From Bugula neritina (Eukaryota; Animalia; Bryozoa), in contig OZ037765.1 in NCBI GenBank assembly GCA_964035545.1, forward strand, positions 3,978,698 to 4,042,697: a stretch of DNA of 64,000 nucleotides, written 5' to 3'. Under the pieces are notes generated by a model that saw only the letters and a list, made by a program, of their open reading frames with translations, was not told where the DNA came from and did no database searches. Position 1 is the stretch's first letter; the number at the start of each line of letters is the position of its first letter. Below, one piece after another: positions 24,901 through 34,500 of the stretch. A program made the translations under genes and the position numbers.

Positions 24901-26480
24901 GCTTTCTCTTGGGCGTCGGGACTCAGAGGAACCTGCCAATAGCCGCTTAGCAAGTCTAACGTACTGAAGTACTTGCTGCCGGCTAGGGCGTCCAATGACT
25001 CGTCAATACGAGGTAGAGGGTAGGCGTCCTGTATGGTTACGCTATTGAGTTTGCGGTAGTCCACACAGAACCGCCAACTGCCGTCTTTCTTCCGGACCAG
25101 TACGACTGGCGAGCTCCACGCACTATGGGCGGGCTCTATCAGTCCCCGGTCCAGAAGATCCCGTACTTGTCGGCTAACCTTCTCTTTCTCCGGCCCCAGC
25201 CTGCGTGTGGGCTGCCAGACAGGGACTGTCCCTGCAGTCAGCGGTATTTCGTGTCTGACAATTCCAGTCAGTCCCACGTCATGCTCTCCGCTGCTGAACA
25301 CATCACCGTAGTCGCGTAGTAACTTGGCCATAGCCTGGCGCTCTCTGTTACTCGCGCAGCCGTTACTGGCCGTCTCGTATAACTCCCGGAGATGTGTTGG
25401 GACTGCCCCTCGTCCTTGAATAGGGTGTCGAGGGAGTGCCTCTGTCGCATCACCCAGCGACGGGCCTACGTCTCCCTCTTGAACAGAGTGAAAACGGCCC
25501 AGCATCGACCCAGCCGGGAGCTTGATAGGCTCGGTAAAGGGGTTGACGCACTGCACTAAGATCTCCCCTTGCTCAGTCAGCTGGTTCAGACTGCTGGCAA
25601 GTTGGATCTTTTCGTGCGCGCCTTCAACCACCCCGAGTCCAGAGATCCGGCTACTATTCACCCTGCAGTGAATGGTAGCCCGGGAGCGGCCTGGTATGGT
25701 ACGGTTGCGTACCACTTGCACACCTCCCACTAAAGGGCAGCCGAACTTGTCGACGCAGGCGAGTTCCCGCCCGGACATCATCATTGCGGATCTGCTAAAA
25801 TCTATGTGACATCCGTGCCGTTTAAGGAACGGCATCCCGAGGATAGCATCCTCCTTGAGCTGACTGACGATGAACGTCTCTTGGATCGTTTGATCGCGGA
25901 CTCGTCCCGTCAGCTCAATTATACCATAGAAGGGAAGGCACGACCCGTCAGCTAGGGTGCCGTATTCCCCTTCGTATGCTTCCATCTCGCCCCTGACCCT
26001 AGCACTGAGGGTGTCGAAGAGTTGGCGGCTTAAGAGGTTTGTGGTACAGCCCGAATCAATGAGAAAAGTAACAGCTTTGCCTTCCAGTTTACCGGGCAAG
26101 AAATAGCTGTTCCCATGGGGCTGTACCTGAACTCTCCCTTCAGGCCTTACTCTCGCAGGGAGTACCTCCCTCGCTTTGGGTCGCGAAGGAGGTCTCTTGG
26201 GGCGGTGACGGGTAGGCCTCGGGGGTGCCGAGGCTAGATCCTCAGCTACCTTTGTGTGCTCCCATCCAGATTCTTGGACTTGCAGCCCTGTGAATCTGTT
26301 GTGAAGGGGCATAGAAAAGGCAGCCGCGGGGCGAAGCCCCTTGCTGGTCCGTCGTGGCTGTTGCCACTGTTGGTTGCCAGTACGCGGTACCCGTCTGGGT
26401 GACCTGCGTTTCTTCTTCCCTAGAGGTTTCATCGTCGGCCCGCGGAAGGTGGGAACATCTGCGGGCCGCGGTAGTTTAAC
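21912..26480 (-). CDS. pol: Pol (protease-RT-RNase H-integrase), probably translated by -1 frameshift from gag
   Basis: FLIDSGC protease; RFCVDYRKLN, LPFGL and YLDD RT; LDTDAS and RTDH RNase H; H-x3-H...CEIC plus DDE integrase; GPY motif. The ORF overlaps the gag end in the -1 frame. Confidence 0.95.
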   Translation of the reverse strand, partial: VKLPRPADVPTFRGPTMKPLGKKKRRSPRRVPRTGNQQWQQPRRTSKGLRPAAAFSMPLHNRFTGLQVQESGWEHTKVAEDLASAPPRPTRHRPKRPPSRPKAREVLPARVRPEGRVQVQPHGNSYFLPGKLEGKAVTFLIDSGCTTNLLSRQLFDTLSARVRGEMEAYEGEYGTLADGSCLPFYGIIELTGRVRDQTIQETFIVSQLKEDAILGMPFLKRHGCHIDFSRSAMMMSGRELACVDKFGCPLVGGVQVVRNRTIPGRSRATIHCRVNSSRISGLGVVEGAHEKIQLASSLNQLTEQGEILVQCVNPFTEPIKLPAGSMLGRFHSVQEGDVGPSLGDATEALPRHPIQGRGAVPTHLRELYETASNGCASNRERQAMAKLLRDYGDVFSSGEHDVGLTGIVRHEIPLTAGTVPVWQPTRRLGPEKEKVSRQVRDLLDRGLIEPAHSAWSSPVVLVRKKDGSWRFCVDYRKLNSVTIQDAYPLPRIDESLDALAGSKYFSTLDLLSGYWQVPLSPDAQEKAAFITRDGLWKWKVLPFGLTSAPATFQRLMEQVLSGLHWKTLLVYLDDVIVISPDFETHVSRLQEVFERLRGAGLKLKPSKCALLQPEVKYLGHVVGRNGVATDPEKVRAVEDWVTPQDLTGLRAFLGLVGYYRQYIPDFAGIAQPLNRLTAKGVTWQWTLVEQEAFDRLKGCLLTAPILAYPDPTLEYILDTDASDQNVGAVLSQVQEGREVVVAYYSKSLSPAERNYCTTRKELLAVIKSVKHFRPYLYGRKFRLRTDHASLIWLCRRAEPSSQVARWLEILAEFSYRIEHRPGKRHSNADGLSRRPDGGCKQCLNIERRDGGPPRCELETLAHHGAPFDWDQGQLRQRVDESPEDVQNLRANPVLAGNVRELKKLQEELPGVVADIYRAKREGRRPSEERIRQGCAEFRLYCQRWDSLRIGQDGLLTISLAASGRHPERKRVVCPTAIRRELIWDTHKQAHAGVKRVMSKLRLRWYWPQMERDVRLRVKQCEICQASKHSRPPGEAGRRRLYAGRPWQVVAVDLVGPMPLTPRGNNWILVLTDHFTRWADALAIPDASAPTVARALDQHVFCYFGLPEQIHSDQGAQFQSQLMSDLCHLWGVNQSRTTPYHPQGNGVVERNNRMLGDALRSLLLGRGQEEWDTVLPQVMRAYRSTPHTSSGETPNLLMLGRETRVPDHLTYHVPEQDNSVHEYASELVERMKAAHEILRQQQWKVRHEDSDEPPLYQRGDKVWMVNYRRRRGQADKLKPKFVGPYVVVEAMPNHTYKIERSGQVSIQNESRLKPYWASPGGVGEAPPLLEPRRQTTTRGRRRHGPEYEVVIPREENLVREERQLLATEASPPPPSLIPSLPETEPVPEVQTPTEGGAPSGEQEEVTADGEVETPLEAPTNEPASMSPPLERGQRTRQPPAYLKDFVCDCVKSGTHESLGENRTRKESSKCGSCQHHGNINFCIGGSRNKIHPPGAQSLNHAPQPRCSIFSYADAVKSRRVSKQ

Positions 26481-27382
26481 CCCTGATTTAGGAAGGGACA
26501 ATATCGGCGGAAATGTCCTTGATTTCCGCACTCCCAGCAAAAACTGACTGTTTCTCCCTGTGGCGGCGCCGATGGCCGCATGGGCTCAGGGGCGGTACTC
26601 ACTGGGTTTTGTGGTGTCAGTGTTGCTATCAGCTTGGCTAGCATGTCCGTCAGTTGAGTGACTTTTGATGCCGTCGCCAACTGGGACACGGCAGCCGCGG
26701 CGGGGGTTTCCTCCCCTTGTCCCGCGGCCGTGTCTGCGCAGTCTATCTCCACTTGGCGGGAGCTTCCGCGACTTTTATGCATTTGGTTAGCTAGGAGGTA
26801 AGCTTCCCCCTCAGTCAGAGCATCTTCAACGGTGGTGACTCCCCTAGCTAGAAACTGGTGGTGGAGACCCAGATCGTCGACAGATGCTATGAAAGCGTCG
26901 AGGGTGTACCTCTCGCGGTTGACTGGGGGCAAGTCGCTGTACGCGATCTGTGCCAGCTTCATGACCGCGGCGGCATGCTCCCGCAGCGGGGTGCGGGGAT
27001 CACGCCGCAACCTCTGTAATCGGGCCCTGGCATCTGTAGCCGAGAGGCCAAAGCGGGCCCGCAGAGAAGCAAAGATATTATCAATGTCTACGCCCAGCCC
27101 ATAGGGCTTGGCTTTGTCCATCAATGCCATTCTAAGCTTCAGCAGGGCCACCCTAGGGGGCCACTGAGCGACGTCCATTACGTCGCTAAACTCTTGAATA
27201 AATTGTTCCACCTCCTCTTCACCCGTGAAGGTGGGCGCCTTTAACCTGTAGCGGTCTTCAGCTAGTTCTCGCGGAACCCTTCGCTCTTCTACTACATGGT
27301 TAACAGGCATTGTCTCTACAGCATTGTCTCTACGCTCACCTTCGATTGCCGGTGGTTGGATTTCAGCATTGTCAGTCTCCAT
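26429..27382 (-). CDS. gag: Gag (317 aa) with CCHC zinc knuckle
   Basis: ATG just after the PBS; APTFTGEEEVEQFI capsid-like start; CWECGNQGHFRRYC knuckle. Confidence 0.92.
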   Translation of the reverse strand: METDNAEIQPPAIEGERRDNAVETMPVNHVVEERRVPRELAEDRYRLKAPTFTGEEEVEQFIQEFSDVMDVAQWPPRVALLKLRMALMDKAKPYGLGVDIDNIFASLRARFGLSATDARARLQRLRRDPRTPLREHAAAVMKLAQIAYSDLPPVNRERYTLDAFIASVDDLGLHHQFLARGVTTVEDALTEGEAYLLANQMHKSRGSSRQVEIDCADTAAGQGEETPAAAAVSQLATASKVTQLTDMLAKLIATLTPQNPVSTAPEPMRPSAPPQGETVSFCWECGNQGHFRRYCPFLNQGLNYRGPQMFPPSAGRR

Positions 27383-27394
27383 CTTGGATGCACT

Positions 27395-27412
27395 ATCCCA
27401 CCGCTGCCACCA
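27395..27412 (-). promoter_or_regulatory. Primer binding site, tRNA-Leu type
   Basis: Minus strand TGGTGGCAGCGGTGGGAT, 1 nt from the LTR. Complementary to the 3' end (AUCCCACCGCUGCCACCA) that I recall for animal tRNA-Leu(AAG/TAG). Confidence 0.8.
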
Positions 27413-27413
27413 C

Positions 27414-27719
27414 TGTTATGTTTTTCAGATTTAGGGTTGATATGCTATCCAGAGAGTCTATTTATCTAGTATAGAACTGCACCAGGCTAAGTCGAGTGAA
27501 CGAGTATATTTTATACACAACTATACATCATAAAAACACGATACATTATTTCTAACAAGTTACACATCCAATCTATTTCACACTCTAGCTTCGACTGAGT
27601 TAGCAGCGGGAAACTACAATTGCTGCTAACTATCAACTACGCTAATTGGCTATCCATTGTTCCGGGTCAATTACGCGACCCTACATGTTGTGCTGCTGGT
27701 AGTTCCACGAACCACCACA
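27414..27719 (-). repeat. 5' LTR of gypsy element 1
   Basis: Direct repeat of 20224-20529; next to the PBS. Confidence 0.95.
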
Positions 27720-28532
27720 ATAATACTATGGAGTATAGTACTAGTAGTAACACAATAACTTGTGGTTGTAGTTATACACCTACACTTACAGTGAGTGTAA
27801 TATTAAGTCTAATAGTAATAGTCATAGCCCATGGGCATAGCCATCAGTATCACTATGTTTTAGACTTAGTCTGAAAATAACTATAACTTAATATTAGTAA
27901 TAGTTTTATGGATTAGTCTAACACTAACATGTATTGGACTGAAACTGAAAATGACTACAACTATCACTATTAGTATTAGACTAATCTATATTACTAATAC
28001 TACTAATACATTTTCAATTTCAATCCAATACATGTTAACTAGCACTATTACCTATACCTATGTTAATTTATGGCTGTATTACTATGTAATAGTAATAGTA
28101 ATATATAGTATATGTAATAATTAATTTTAATTTTGATACAATAGAAAGTCTGTTTTAACTGAACTTGGATGGTTTTTGTTTCATGTCTGATTTATAGTAA
28201 GTGAACGATTATTTATATGCCTAGTCAGTAGTCTTTTACTGAAAATAATATAAAATAATATAATATAGGTACATATAGTTAAATATATATAATACATAGT
28301 GATAATAGATGAACTATATTTAGTGCAATATTACTAGTATGGGCTATCTATTTCTACAGTATCTCACTAGGAGCACATTAGAAAACAACAAAGGGGCTGA
28401 TGGGTTGCAGTGCTTTTTCATGTAGTGTAATTAGCTTTACTTTTTTTATTCGTGTTGAAACTCTTCATATGTATTTCTAGGTTGGGTTATAAACTGAGAC
28501 ACTATCGTTAGTTGCTCTAATATTCTGGTGAA

Positions 28533-31500
28533 ATGGTGCTGCTGAAGTTGCAAGTAGCTGTATTTGTGTTAGCAACTGTTGATGGTGAGTGACTTCTTGA
28601 TTATTATTTCAGCTGCAGTTCAATAATTTCTAACTGTAGGTTTGATTAATTGTGCAAATGCATGTTTTAATGCAGTTGACTGTATTCAGCACAGCATTCT
28701 ATATATAAAAGCTGTTGCTGATATGAATATTTATGTCAAATGAACTGCCTAAGTGATGACTTTTTCAACCACACTTACATCATAACTGTGCTGGTTGATA
28801 AGACATACAGCTACCTGTTATAGACATTACTGCTAGTTCCCTGTAATACATGAATGTCTCTAACTTCCTCTTACTATTCATTATATTCTTGTTTGTTTAG
28901 TAAATGGAACACTTAATATACCCTTTGTTGAACGTATTTCAGCATACACTCAATCCTTTCATTTGCTAGCTGCAGTATCGTGAGCTGCTCCCTTCATATT
29001 GTGTAGTCAATAAAACTGCATTTGATAATTTATTCACTGGAACTATTTTAGCAATCTTTTCTTTTTACTTCCCTCTTGAAGTTTTTTCGAGAAATCAGTT
29101 CTTTGTTATGGATTATATATGCACTCAGAATTTTAATTTTTTGTGAAAATGCTAAATGTATGTAATCGACCACCATTCAAGTATGAGTATTTTTTCCAAG
29201 AATAGAGCTCAGTGAAAAGTATGTGATTTGTTAGTTAATTTATTCTCACTATAAACAAGCAATTTTGTCATTTGCTATTTGCAGCAAAAGTAGTACTTCT
29301 CTCTTTAAATCTATTCAAGAACCTAACCATTAAAAGCTTTCTATTTAAATTTATTGAAGTAAGAATATTGTCACTTTGATAGCTTAGCCATGTTTGCTGA
29401 GATTAGTAGAAACTAGAGAGAAATCTTGATAACTGAATTTAGAGATTGACTCCTCAACTTAGGAAAGTCCTTTAGTATTTTGAGTTTCTTAGCTTCTTTG
29501 TTGTAAATCCAGGGTAATAATATATTACCATCAGTAAACTAAGATCTCCCACACTCTTGTTTTTTTGTTTGTCTGGAGAATTCTTATGGGGAAGCTTTGT
29601 CTATCTGTATTTCTACTATGTTTTATTTTAAACAAAACTTTACCTTTACTGTTTCAATTTTCAGCTTTAACCTGTGACTGGACATCAGGTGTGGGTAGAC
29701 AAGATCCTCACATAACATTTGGTAGCATAAAGACTCTCTCTGTAAACAGTGAAGATGAGTGTAGAGCTCAGTGTATGCAGCAGACATCATTTATATGTGC
29801 CTCAATAAACTACAGAACTGATGATGGAAACTGTCAACTGTTAGCAGAGAATACTCAGACTGCTACTAGTAGTTCTGATAGTCAGTGGAGATACTCTGTA
29901 AGACCAGACTGTGCTGGTGAGTATAAAGTGATATTGAAGTTTGGATGAAAGTGTAGAGTAGTTATACTAGACTATTACTCTAAAATGTAATCCAGAAACT
30001 CCCAATCTCCAGTGATTTGGGTACTAGGAAAAAATTAAGGGAAATACTTTGTTCATGCACAATTATTCATATTTTTTTCAATAACTTGTATACAATTTGC
30101 TGTACCGTGCACAATAATGCCCTAATATAAGGCATTGACATAGGAGGTGCCCAGGTGGTACTTGAAATCTTAGTGTCATTGAATAAGGTACACGGGCTAA
30201 ATAGTTTTAGAACCAGTGCTTTAGAGTTTAGATGGTAGAAAATAAATTGTGGATTTAATCATTTTTACCTAGTATATAATTTCTATGATTCCCTCACATT
30301 TTTCACAAGCTTATTCTTATTCTATGATTCTCTCCCGCTATTCTTGCCAAGTCATGTAGGTGTCTTTTCCTACTGCATGTATGTAGGATTTTTAGTTTAA
30401 ATTAATGACTGAAATTAGAAATGAAATTATAAAACAAACTTTCATTTCATACAATATAATATACAGTCAGTAAGGTTGAAAAATGTGAGCGTAGTTAAAT
30501 ATATTTTTGTAGATAAGTCTTGCAAATTTTAAGCGGGCTCTGTCGAACTTTAAAGAGAGGCAACCATAAAATTAGTAGCAAGTTTCTGTTTTAATTGTAT
30601 TGCTGAGAAGTAACTATTAATTATTTTGTAGTAGTTGTAATGTTGAAGAGGAATTTATTTTTTCTTTCTCTTTGCTTCTGCTTTTTCCAAGTAGTAGGCC
30701 TAAAGTGCAATATTTGCAGTTTTTCTCTTAATATGTACCACACCACATATTTCTTGAAATTAAAATATTACAACTTTATTTTTAGGGATTAGCTCTAAGA
30801 GTGTGACAAGAGAAAACCTGTTCTTTTATTTCTTTATTAAAGCCACATGTACTTTGAAACGTAAAATCCTTACTAACTATTTTTCAAACTTCTGCCCTTA
30901 GCTCTAACTTATTATATGATTCCTTATTAATGTTTCTTCACCTAGTTATTAAATATTAGCATTTGTTTTGATAGTTGATAGTTGCTGCAGTTGTGTAGCT
31001 TTATTTTTACTTATCATTCATTTGTCACTATAAGCTTAAATATTATTTTACAGGAATATGGCAGCCATGGACAGCTACTAGAGGTAGCTATTTAAACAGT
31101 GGAGTAGTAAAGTCAAAAAATAAAAGCACATCAGTCCTTAGAGACTGTATGAGTTTCTGTTTAGAAGATGAAGACATCAGTTATAACTGTAGTTCAATAG
31201 TGAAGTCAGTGAGTGGAGATCAATGTGAGATTGTCAACAAGAGATCAGATGATACCGGAGTGACACCAGAAAAACATACAGACTACCAGTACTTTAACCT
31301 CCCACTCTGGTATTCAGGTATGAGTGAAACTTTTGATTTTTAATTTGTGTATAAGTTATATTTAAACTAATACTAATATTATTTTATATTAATAATATTG
31401 AAAAAGCTAGTTTTTTTATCATTTCAATATAACCAATGAAACTGCACATGTATAGTTTAATAAAGATGTATATTGTTTATTGAAAGTAAGTTTACCAAGA

Positions 31501-34500
31501 TACCCTTCAAATGATGAACTTGAATACAGTAGCGTGTAAATCAAACCTATACTCCTCTACTAAAATACAAGAACCATGTGAAAAGTTTTACTTGTCTAGC
31601 AAAGTATTGTTGAACATCATTTTCATTTGTGAAATGACATCAGCTGATTGACGAAACTGCAACCTAAAGATTCAGATTTTAACTACTTTGAAAATGAAAA
31701 CTTAGATATTTACCTTTACTATATTTAGTATAATTTATGTTAAATTTGAGTTTCACTTCTGGTGGAGTTGTTTATTGATAATGTTATATTTACTGAGGTA
31801 TATTTCCAATTGAATAAAACCACGCTGGTATGCGCAGCGTTACAATTAACAAAAACCGGATATACAATATTGAATAAATGGGCGGAGCCAAAATATAACA
31901 GATTCTCCCTTTACAAAGCTTGACTTACAAAACATTTAAGAAACAAAACAAGTAATAAATTCAAAGTAAGACAGAAAGAAATGAAAGAACAATGTAACTG
32001 TAAAATAATAAAATTGAAAGTATTATAAGTCTAACAGTACTCTTGGCTTACGTATCCTATTTGAACGCCTTGGCTCTGGAGGTGTGGCGACAGGTGCTGA
32101 AGGTGTACTCACAGTTGCAGGAGTTTGAAGACTATCAGGACGAGGCTCCATGTGCTCAGAGGTTGGACCTGTTTGAGGTGCAGAGACTGGCGGCAAGTGG
32201 CTTAATGAAGAAGGTGTGTTCCTAGAAATTAAATCACATGGCACACCGGTAAATGGCTGAACACTGATATCTAAAGGAGTGGTTTCATTTTGGTCATTAG
32301 CTATTTTCGCTTCTCGGTGCTTGAGTTGGTCTACATGGCGTTTCCATTTCTTTTCTCCTACCTGTACGAAATAACACAACGGGCCAACCTGGTCAATTAT
32401 TACCCCCTTTTTCCATTTAACAGCTCCAAAGTAACACCTCACCCAAACATCTGAGCCTATGTCAAATTCACGGTGTATAGCTATGAGACCTGCATCATGT
32501 AGTTTTGATGTTATGTCAGGCTTTAAGCAATCAAGCCTTGTTCTCAATGTTCGACCAAGCATTAAAGTTGCAGGGCTCTCACCAGTAGTTGAGTGAGGAG
32601 CATTACAATAAGCCAACAAAAACCTGTCTAACCGATACTGTAAATATAAACCTTGAGAGGCCCTTAGAGCACTTTTGACTGTTTGTACAAACCGCTCTGC
32701 TAAACCATTAGTGGCTGGATGATAGGGTGCACTTTTCTTATGCTTGATGCTCAAATGTGCCAAAAAGGCTTCAAACTCTTCACTACAAAATTGTGGTCCA
32801 TTGTCACTGACCAGCTCCATAGGCACACCCCATCTAGCAAAGATTGGCCTAAGCATGTTTATAGTACTTTGGGAGGAGGTAGATTTTGTAACACACACTT
32901 CAGGCCACTTAGAATACGAATCCACCACTACTAGTAACATGTGACCTTCTACAGGACCAGCATAGTCAATGTGAATGCGCTGATATGGTCGAGTTGTGGG
33001 TAGCCATGGGTGTGTATTAACTGCTTTAGGGTCATTACTCATAGACATGCATGAATCGCAAGACCTGCTAGTTGCTTCAATATCTTTGTCTAAGCCTGGC
33101 CACCACATAAATGACCTTGCTACAGATTTCATTTTACATATACCTAAATGCTCAACATGCAATTCCTTTAACAGAGGGTTTTGGAGAGAACGTGGGATGA
33201 CTACTCGATTTCCCCACATAACTACTCCTGACATGATAGATAGCTCATTTCTCCTAGCAAAGAAAGGGTTCAGATCCCAGTCGGCCTCACACAATTTTTG
33301 AGGCCAGCCCTCTCTCACTAGTCTGAATACCCTACATAGTGTTGGGTCTTTAGCAGTGAGCTTAGCCACCTGTAAGGAAGTGATAGGAAGTCCAAGATTG
33401 TCAACTTTAAAAATAAATGCATGGGGTTCTTCATTCAATTCACTAGCAGCTACTGAATCAGGATACCGGGAAAGAAAATCTGCCCTATTATCTTTGCTTC
33501 TGCGCCACTCAACGGTGTAATCATATCCTGAAAGCTTTAAAGCCCACCTTTGAATACGCTCTGCTGTCATAACCGGAAGCCCCCTCTCTGGGGCAAATAT
33601 TCTACTTAGAGCCTGATTGTCCGTCACTAGAGTAAACTTTCGCCCATATAAGAAATGCCTGAATTCTTCTAACCCAAAAACAACAGCCAAACCTTCTCGC
33701 TCTATTTGTGGATACAAAACCTGCGCAGATGTTAATTTTCGAGATGCAAATTGTATGGGGCGTTCTACATCATCAATAACTTGTGAAAGAACTGCTGCTA
33801 TGCCTACTCTTGAGGCATCACACGTTAGTTTCACAGGCAAGTTTGGATTAAAGTGAACTAGCAGCTTATTTTCTCTCAATAAGTTTTTAGATTTTTCAAA
33901 AGCATTCTGGGCCGTCTTATCCCAAACAAATTTAGCATTGGCCTTAAGCAAAGCATTCAAAGGGGCAACAGTCGCAGCAAGGTTGGGCAAGTAACGCCTG
34001 TAAAAATTCAGTAGGCCCACATAAGATCTCACTTTCGATTTATCCTTAGGTGCCTCAGTTTCAAGGATGCTATCTAACTTGGCAGGAATTGGCCTAATGC
34101 CCTCACCATTAATTATGTGACCAAGATATTTCACTTCTGGCTTCAGAAAAGAACATTTTGAGTGCTTTAATTTCAAACCATGTTCCTTTATACGTTTGAA
34201 AACCAACTCTAGCCTATGGTTATGTTCCTCTACAGTTCGCCCTGCAACCAATATGTCATCATAATATATATGAACACCCTCTATACCATTAAGCACATGT
34301 TCTATGGCATTTTGCCACAAGGACGGAGCAGTCTTGATACCATACGGCAGTCTGTTATACTGATACAAGCCTCTATGGGTGACCAGTGTTAGCAACTCTT
34401 TGGATGACTCATGAATGACCATCTGATTATATGCTTGGGCAAAATCTAAGTTTGAGAAATATTTGTTTCCTGCTAAATCACACAGAATATTTTCCATGTT

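Larger units (their letters stand above)
20224..27719 (-). mobile_element. Full-length Ty3/gypsy LTR retrotransposon with gag, pol and an extra ORF3
   Basis: 306-bp LTRs 20224-20529 and 27414-27719 (TG...CA, 1 mismatch). 4-bp TSD ATAA (20220-20223/27720-27723); the empty site gtgATAAtactatg is seen in the paralogous region at ~51063. PBS 27395-27412; PPT just inside the 3' LTR (~20530-20545). Confidence 0.97.
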
